Notes under the pieces: model-generated
The model's input: only the letters and a program-made list of their open reading frames with translations
Database searches by the model: none
What the model was told of the DNA's origin: nothing
Source: Eledone cirrhosa
Taxonomy: Eukaryota
Assembly: GCA_964016885.1 (NCBI GenBank)
Contig: OZ024742.1
Coordinates: 179,118,001 to 179,182,000 of the forward strand
Length of the DNA stretch: 64,000 nucleotides
Reading direction: 5' to 3'
Program-made: the position numbers and the translations under genes
Shown: one piece after another, positions 54,664 to 64,000 of the stretch
Layout: each line of letters begins with the position of its first letter
Position numbering within the stretch: the first letter of the stretch is position 1

Positions 54664-55942
54664 ATGTAAATTAGTCTCGGTGGTAATGAAACAAAACAAC
54701 TACTGTTGTTGCCATATATAAAGAATTGTATGTATGTATGGATGCATGGAGTCGTAGGAGCGCCTTATTGACATACGGCCTTTCTTGGGCATTTTTAAAC
54801 CAGGCGGAGCCCATCTCTTCTCCAGGTCTGAAAGGTAGATTTCTTCCAGGGAAGGAAAAATAATGATGACAGAAAGTGAGAAAAAGATAAAGAGGAGAAA
54901 TCGACCCCAGTACTAGGATGGCAAATTTTTGTCGACCTTGAAATGATGAAAGGAAAAGTTGATTTCGACGGAATTTGAACTTAGAGAGCCGAGTCCCGGA
55001 ACGAATACCACAAAACATTCTATCCAACGTTCTAACGAGTCACCGCCTTTGTAAATAGTTACATAAATAAATAATTAAAAAATGAATAAATATATAAACA
55101 AATAAATAATTAATTAAATGGCCTAGACGTAGAGAATACCAAAACAGAGCATTTTTAGAAAATAAGCAAACGTTGACTATTTTGCTTGTGTCTTCATAAT
55201 TTTCAAATTTGTTGAGTCAGAAAGCTTAATTTAAGAAAAAATCGAAAAACAGAAAAATAAAGAAAAAATACAAATTTGTTTATATTTTCACTATTTCAAG
55301 ACGGCTTTTTAAGATTTCACTATTTAAAGAAAGGATTATATATATTTTTCTTGACCCTTTTAATACCAACCAGTCTGAACCGCCTCTGGTTCTAATATAT
55401 GCAACTGTTTGTTTTAAAACGTATATATTTCTGAAAACCATAGTTCTACGTAACCATTAGTTAAGTTATTTTCCATCAAGTAGATAATGAGAAAGTTATG
55501 CAAGTAAATCTCTTCAATTTTTTGTATATTTTCAAAGAGAAATATAGTAACGAAAGTGTTAAACTACGGTTGCCATTCGCAATTGAGGATAACTTGATGG
55601 TATGTGCCATGGTTTCAATTTAAGGTTATGTGAAGTCACTAGCAAACACAGACGCCGTCTCGATACCCTTTTCCTTTGTCCAGCAGAACATCCAGCATGT
55701 AACAGCTGGAAAGTAAAAAAGTTTTAGGGAACCATGCAGTCGCGAGCTGATAACAGTCAGAAGATATTTCATCAACTATGCCTCCATTCACCAAACGGAA
55801 CATCCAAGATATGACAGTTGGAATAGAGATGTCTGCATCAACGGATGAAAATCAGAATGAACTACGGTGGAATTTGATCTAAGAGCGTAGGCGGTGGTGA
55901 ATAGGAGTGAAATATTTTGTAACTTTATTCTTACTTTATTAG

Positions 55943-56018
<76 letters not shown>

Positions 56019-56095
56019 TAAACATTCGTTGTACTGCCTCTCTGTTTTGTTCCTGTTCAAATTTTTCCATTATATATATATATACATATATATAT

Positions 56096-56140
<45 letters not shown>

Positions 56141-56257
56141 TAGAAGGAACAAGGGGCTGTGTAGTTAATTGATAACATGTATTTAGAAGTAAAAGGAAAG
56201 CACAAACAAGGGACAGGTCCCCTCTTCAGTTGTCTGCTGGGGGTCAACGCATTAAAG

Positions 56258-56304
<47 letters not shown>

Positions 56305-56370
56305 TTATATGAACATGTGTATAATATATATATACTTATTCTCTCTCTCTCACTTTCTTTCTCCCACTCA

Positions 56371-56445
<75 letters not shown>

Positions 56446-57148
56446 AACACGCACACGGGTGTGTTATAATTATTTTACTAACTTACTGTGAGGAAATGCA
56501 GATAAAAAAGGAACCATAGTGATATTAAACATAATTCTAGAATTAATACATAGTCAATTCTAAAAGTCTAAAGTCTAAAGTCTGTCTCAAGCTTGGAGAC
56601 TCATTAAACCGCTGTTTTTCCCACTTTCCTTGGCGTTAAGCGATTGAGAGTACAAGACCTCTCTTGGAAAGGATGCTATATCATTACAGATTTAAACACC
56701 CAGCTACTGATGATATCTATATCAAGGTGAATATACTGTATCAATGTGAAATTAAGTGTTTTGCTTAAGAATCACTACACACAAACTGATCCAGGAATTG
56801 AACCGACGACATTATGATCGCCCAACACCCTAACCACTGTATAATTAATTATACTGTAAAATTAAATTTTCAAAATGCTGCCTGTTTGCATTTATGAAAA
56901 TACGTAAAATTATTGTTTCATTGTAATAGTTAAGCTAATTATGGCCAGTATTGTATTTGATTCAAGAAATTTCTGCAATACCCTGCAACTGATGACAGAT
57001 TTAGTGAAATATAAATAATTAACTCCACAAGCGGAATATTTCAGCAAAAGTCTGAGATTCCAAAGAGACTGTAAAGCAATATTGAGTGATATCTTACTTT
57101 GAAAGTAAACAGATTGTTCTGTCTTATTAACAGTTACAGCTGGACTGG

Positions 57149-57234
<86 letters not shown>

Positions 57235-57301
57235 CGCTATAGTCACTTATATATTATGAAATACTGTGTGCTTCTTGCTCATAATAATTTCTATACTTTT
57301 C

Positions 57302-57406
<105 letters not shown>

Positions 57407-57633
57407 ACTGGCCCACAGAGAGAGAGGAAGAGAACTAGTCAGACAGACAGAGATAGAGAGTGTCTGTGTGTGTGTGTTGTGTGTGCATGCATGTGTATGT
57501 GAGCGTGCGTATGAAATAAAGGGAGACAGAGAGACCACCCTTAAAGAAATGTTAAGCTGGGCAAAATAACTAGAACAAGCTGTCATAGGACAATAAAGTC
57601 ACTTATTTACATCAAATGTAAACACATATACAC

Positions 57634-57707
<74 letters not shown>

Positions 57708-58373
57708 ACTCTTTTTTATATGACATCGTATAAATGCCATCTATAAAATCTACATCCCATGCATCCACATGCAATCATTCACAGATGCAGACACATAGGA
57801 GCACGTATGTGTATACACACATATATACACACGTGTGTGCAGCAGGCACATGTACATATAATGAAGGCACATGGCTTAGTGGTTTGAGCATTGGGCTTGT
57901 AATTAAGAGGTTGGAAGTTCTCCGACTGGGCGATGTGTTGTGTCCTTGAGCAAGATACTTTATTTCACGTTCCTCCAAGTTCACTTAGCTGTAGATATGA
58001 GTTGCGACGTCACTAGTGCGAAGCTGTATCAACCATTGTCTTTCCCTGGGACAACAACAGAGGCATGAAGAGGGGTGACTGGTATGCATGGGCGACTACT
58101 TGTCTTACACAAATAAACCTCGCTCAGACTTATGCTACGAAGGGAAACCTTCTAGATACAAAACCATGGTCATATATATATATGCTTTTATTCTGTTAGT
58201 GGTTTTAATCATATAATCCCCAGTACTTTTGCTTGAAGCCCTGTACTTATTGCTTCGATATTCTTGATGGCGACTTTAAGGTAACTAAGTTACGGGACTT
58301 AAATTAGACACTGAGTCAAACACAAACGTAAACATAGACATGGACACCGACCTACACACATACACATATGTAC

Positions 58374-58452
<79 letters not shown>

Positions 58453-58669
58453 TAAATGGAAACTATATTTATAAAACCATAATTATTTTATTATATATAT
58501 TTCAAAAGCAACCAAGGCAATTTATGGTGCGCTTTCATCAGATAAAATACAGATTTGTTTTATAAATAAATATTGACATATCCGGAAAAAAGACAACCTT
58601 AACGGTTGAAATTCGCTGGCTAGTTTTTTTTTAAAGCTTGTTGAATCCCAACAAATTAAATATAACCTC

Positions 58670-58761
<92 letters not shown>

Positions 58762-58782
58762 CTGAGTTTTTCGATTATTAAT

Positions 58783-58970
58783 AATTGTTTCTACGTTAGG
58801 GACAAGGCCAGCAATTACCCAGTGCATTACTGGTACTTTATTTTATCGACCCCGTAAGGATGAAAGGCAAAGTCAACCTCGGCGGGATTTGAACTCAGAT
58901 CGTAAAGGGACGTAACTATGCTGGAAAGCATGGCGTCCGACTCTCTACCGATACTGCCAATCCACCGCCC
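58783..58970 (-). mobile_element. SINE family 1, full length
   Basis: Near-identical reverse complement of 9109-9300. Confidence 0.85.
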
Positions 58971-60095
58971 TTCGATTATTAATAATAATATTCGATTCGT
59001 TTGCAATTATGCAAACAGCCTCTTTTATAAGCAATGTCAGTAGAATGAGCCCCTCATTCTCGCTCTTGTGTTGGCATGCAAAATAAAAAAATATATACAT
59101 ATATATATACCAAGCTTCTGCAGTTTCCGTCTAGTAAGTTCCATTCAGAAGGCATTGGTCAATCCATGGCTTTACTAGAACACTCTTGCATAAAGTGCAA
59201 CGCATTTTATGTTAGCTGACCAGTAAAAACCAAAATCACACTATCTATCCTTAAATGAGATTATGCCTTTCCAAACCAGTATTCTCGTGTACGCCTTGCG
59301 TTACTTAATGGTATACTGAGTCTCACAGCTAATGAATTCAGGAGAAGCTTCACCCAATCCATACACCCTTTCCGATGCAGGGAGAGGGAAAACTTCACCT
59401 CCTTGTTCTGTTTTTCCTTGCGGATTTGAGACCAATGCAATGATCTGTCCAATATAACATGGAGCATTTTCGAGAATGTCTTTACTTATTCGCATGTAGC
59501 ATGTAACTGCAGTCATTATATCTATGTACTTATACCAACAGTCTGCTGTATCCATTAACAAGAAGACGAGACTTTCATACAGATGCTATCAACAGAGCTC
59601 TTGTTATGTATAAATACACCACAACATTTTACTGAAAATATTAGTTTCATTTATATTTCTTACGAAAACAAGGGAGTCTATTATGCCAGAAGTTTTTCCG
59701 TTCAGTGGTTTCTACAATAATTAGTTGTCACAACAACACCTATGTAATAGTAGTTTGGTACATAGAATAATTGGTATGAGATAGATCGATTGATCAGTTG
59801 ATAGTTATAAATCTGTAGAAGAAGAAAGTAATTGTATATAGATATCATATATATGTTCAGATTTGTGGTTGTAGAATCTTTTGCGTATCTATATTATAAG
59901 TAATAGGAGATGGGAAGTCAAAAAGAGGAGATTCGGCAAAAAAAAACAAAAAACGAATTTCTACATAATGCTGACTGGTAAAAGAGCTATTTTTATAACT
60001 ACGCCTGGTGTCACAAATACTTTAATTAGAGAATGCACTGAAATAACGTCCGTTATGTATCTCTTCCAAACGATTATTAGGTGACACATATATAA

Positions 60096-60213
<118 letters not shown>

Positions 60214-60608
60214 ATATGCATATATCCATATACATATATATGCATACACACACACATATATTGATTTGCCTTGTGTGTGAGTATAAATGTGTGTGCGAGT
60301 ATGTTTGCATGTGTGTATCTGTGTATATATATTTATGTGCTTACTTCAATATATACGCTGTTTATTAACATGCAACGCAATATGACCTCATCTGACGTCA
60401 CAGCACCAAAGATCACATGCCGTTTTAAGGTGGAGCTATATAGATTGTTATCGTAATATAGTAGTTAGAGATGGAGGGGGGGGGGGTGACTTTTCAGTAG
60501 AAATAACAAGAAAAATATGCAGGGATATTTTGTGTCGGTGCAATTATATAAATTAAATTGAATAATTTGATAAAATAAACCTCCATACACCCTCTAATAT
60601 ACTCCTGA

Positions 60609-60642
<34 letters not shown>

Positions 60643-60879
60643 ACATGCCCACATACATTACATATATATAAAATAGAATAAGAAGATTTCACCGTATTTT
60701 GATCAGAGAAACTAATCTAATAACAGGACATGGGAACCCCCATAACGGACAAAATTGACATTAACATGAGTGGTAAACGAACCCAAACCTCTTATTGTCC
60801 GGATAAGTGTGGTAGACCGATTACACCAACATGCTCACTCGAGTTTTCTCCGTTGAATTTAGAAGCTATATAAAGTTAA

Positions 60880-61089
60880 CCCTTTAGCATTTACAATACT
60901 CTATATACACTATTATATTTTCATGGTAAAGACTTTATCTCACATAAATATCTCACATAATATCGAATCTATGAGATTTTGAAAGTATTTATTTTGAGAA
61001 CAATACCTTAACATCAGTTTGAGTGACCAGTTACAGCCAGTTTCAACAGAAAAAGGTAGAAAATTCTGGCCGGTTTGAACATTAAAGGG
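60880..61089. mobile_element. piggyBac-type MITE
   Basis: TTAA|CCCTTTA...TAAAGGG|TTAA. Similar decayed elements at ~55352-55562 and ~45086. Confidence 0.6.
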
Positions 61090-62736
61090 TTAATGATGGT
61101 ATATATCTCAGCACGCCTGATTGAGAATATGCGTGTTGATTCTGGTTTTTTTTTTCATAATGGGTGTACATAGGCCCTGTTATTAGACTATTTTCTGTAA
61201 CCAAAATAGGGCGAAAGCTTCTAATTCTATTTTTTTATAAAATTCAATCACCATATACTAAATCACGCGGGCTTAATCATACATATGTAATATATGTATG
61301 CATGTATGCCTATGTATCTACATCTACCGCAAATGAAAGGTATGTAAATAGAGTCAGTTACGAACCTAAGGATGTAAAAGTGTAAATTAACTGACATAAA
61401 CTGCAGCACAGTTTCCAATAAATTTGTATCAGGTTTGACATTAATTGTGGCCAGGTGAATCATTGAAGGTATCAACACTCTGAAGAATGGTACAGATATG
61501 GACTGTGGAAGCCGCTATGGCTTCTAGGATTTGAATTGGTTTTGAAAACAAATGGCATCATGGCAGTGGGCCGAATCGCTTTCGGTATCGTTGAGAGCGT
61601 GCATGAATTGAAGATTGGCAAAATACTCTCTAATTTTGTAAGGTATCTCTCACAAGCTCGGATGCTCACTAGGTCGGTGCTTATCCCAATTTCTTTGGCG
61701 TTAAGTGCAAGCCTGTTTGACGGCTGACGAGGCCAGATGCGTGTTTTAATTTTGTTTCGTTCATGACTTAAAACTCGACCCTTATTGTAACCATACTCTC
61801 CATTTATCTTCTTCTACACGCCATCACACTTCTCTTCCTCTCTTCCCCTCTCAATATTTTCTGTTTCATCTACCTGTCACCTCACAACTCTATTTGTGGC
61901 TACTGGACATTGATTTCTGTCTTTTGAGGTATTTTTACCCGACTTGCAGGTTGTCATTGACGGCATTTGGCTGTTTTTACAGCTATTCTTGCGCTCGAGT
62001 TTTCAAATTATTTTTACGAATTATAAAGGGTGAGGGGTAAATATACCATACAGTCACGAATGACCATGCATTTTTCACATAGAAAATTCCTCTCGGAGGC
62101 ACAAGACCGAGAAAGGGGTTTTTGTGGAAGACCAGCTGTTGTTCATGCATACCAGTCTCAACTCTCCACGCCACCGTTATTGTCCAAAGGAAAGACAAAG
62201 GTCAATAGGGCTCGGCAACACTCATACCATATATACATAGACATATACATATATACATATATATACATATATACCTGGGACGAGGTGATAAAAAATGATC
62301 TTGCCCACCTACACCTCTCTAAGACAATGACACTGGATCGAGACCTTTTGGCGCTATGCAGTTGTACAGAAGACCCGACTACCATTGCATACAAACCTAC
62401 AGTCAGTAGGCTCCTCTTAATTCAATGTACACCCCACCTCCACACCCTACCCCACCATCCCTCTCCCGTTCCGCCCACTGTGTCGATGACACAACAGTTC
62501 ACACTATAAGGTGGTCGTGTAGGAGACACGATGAAAAGGCTCTCAGGCCACACTGTAAATGTGGATGGTGTTAGGAAGGTGTAAAATAAAACCTGCCAGA
62601 GACACTTCGGTGCGAACGAGACATGGTCTCCCGACCATTCCCGTATCAAATGGAACAAAACCGTCTAAGTCATGCTAGCGTGGAAGATGGACGTTAAACG
62701 ATGATGATGATGATGATGATGATGATTATATATATA

Positions 62737-62770
<34 letters not shown>

Positions 62771-62774
<4 letters not shown>

Positions 62775-63033
62775 GTTTCTACTTTTGGCACAAGGCCAAC
62801 AATTATCCCAGTGCATTATTGGAACTTCATTTAATCGACCCCGTAAGGATGAAAGGCAAAGTTAACCTCGGCGGGATTTGAACTCAGATCGTAAAGGCCC
62901 GAACTCCATGATACAAAGCATGGCGTTCGACCCTCTATCGTTAAGTTTGCCTTTCATCCTTACGGGGTCGATAAAATAAAGTACCAGTAATGCACTGGGT
63001 AATTGCTGGCCTTGTGCCCAAAGTAGAAATAAT
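62771..63033. mobile_element. SINE family 1 with inverted duplicated 3' half
   Basis: Minus copy 62771-62940 joined to a plus 3' fragment 62941-63033. Confidence 0.75.
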
Positions 63034-63304
63034 TTTATATATATAGTTTTGAAATAATTAATATTGTTCCTTGAATTCCAACAACCATGGTTGAGCTACT
63101 ATATGAGTAAAACTGACTTATTTTAGTCGAGCTAGCTATCCCTCCCCAAATCGAGATTTTGGCTTAGGTTTAACATATATATATATACACAAATATAAAT
63201 ATATGCATACATACATACTATTTATATGTAAATATATATATGTGTGTGTGTGTATGTGGCTGCATGTGTGTGAGAGAGAAAGAGAGAAAGAGGGAGAGAG
63301 AGTG

Positions 63305-63362
<58 letters not shown>

Positions 63363-63719
63363 AAGTGAAAGAGAGAGCGTATCTCTGTGTGTGTTATCAA
63401 CCAATTACTCTTATCTAATTTTCTGGTTCCCAACCCTTTTATATAAAATGAGTTAAAAATTGGCGTTTTATTATCTTACGATCGCCGGATACTTTCAAGA
63501 ACACCGCTACATCACCGCCATACCTTTTAGAAACATCAAAGAGGAAGCTACGAAATGGAGTGAGGTGTGTAATGTTGGTAGAGGGCAGGTCTGGTAGTAG
63601 AATCATACGTTGGTACTGGTAGTAGGGATACTAGTGTGTTAAGTTCTTTGCTGCCTCAAATGTTGTTAAGGCATATGTGTGTGAACGTATAGTATATATA
63701 TATTACTGAACCCCCCACT

Positions 63720-63772
<53 letters not shown>

Positions 63773-63923
63773 TTAGTTATACTATTTATGGTTATGTAAA
63801 TACAAAACCTTATGCAGTTATAAGTATTTTTTATATATTTTTTATATACACCCTAAATAGTGGTAGGCAGTAATGTATTACTACCTTATTACCAGTAAGT
63901 TAAGTAGCTCAATGTAAATAGAT

Positions 63924-63970
63924 TGCTCCGAAGAATCCAAACTTCGGTTTGGAGGAAACAGCTGTAAGCA
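63924..63970 (+). ncRNA. Minimal type I hammerhead with cUUCGg-capped stem II
   Basis: UGCU-CCGAAGA-A-UCCAAAC[UUCG]GUUUGGA-G-GAAA-CAGCUG-UA-AGCA. Confidence 0.7.
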
Positions 63971-64000
63971 CAATAATGTTTTGAACAGTTCTTTGATTCT

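Noticed and set aside
54720-54860. Possible upstream exon of the ADAMTS-like gene
   Set aside because: It matches 39081-39130 in reverse complement, so it is a dispersed repeat; no spacer-domain motif.

Overview
AT-rich, microsatellite-dense animal DNA. The SINE, RTE and Helitron content suggests an octopod cephalopod, which is an inference. The one host gene is the 3' half of a minus-strand ADAMTS-like (THSD4/ADAMTSL4-type) gene with 5 coding exons: 52117-51071, 19409-18954, 17478-17299, 12304-12154 and 11225-11092. They encode the end of the spacer, a long basic insert, 6 TSP1 repeats and a PLAC domain, and include a 31.7 kb intron. The rest is mostly transposon debris: a Tx1/L1-like LINE, RTE fragments, Dong/R4-like RLE fragments stacked in (TACA)n, Helitrons, a mariner, hAT and piggyBac MITEs, and tRNA-SINEs. 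The main signal is a set of Penelope-like (PLE) insertions in (TA)n tracts: one 3.75 kb Naiad-type fold-back element and about a dozen miniature copies from at least 5 unrelated families. They share one design. A type I hammerhead ribozyme has a palindromic stem III and often a variant core (UUGACAA, UAGAGAA, CCGAAGA). An inverted arm stops at a family-fixed point. A 3' tail carries a covarying bulged hairpin, ACUC-stem-YY-GAGU. All coordinates were read by eye; no folding, alignment or database search was run.
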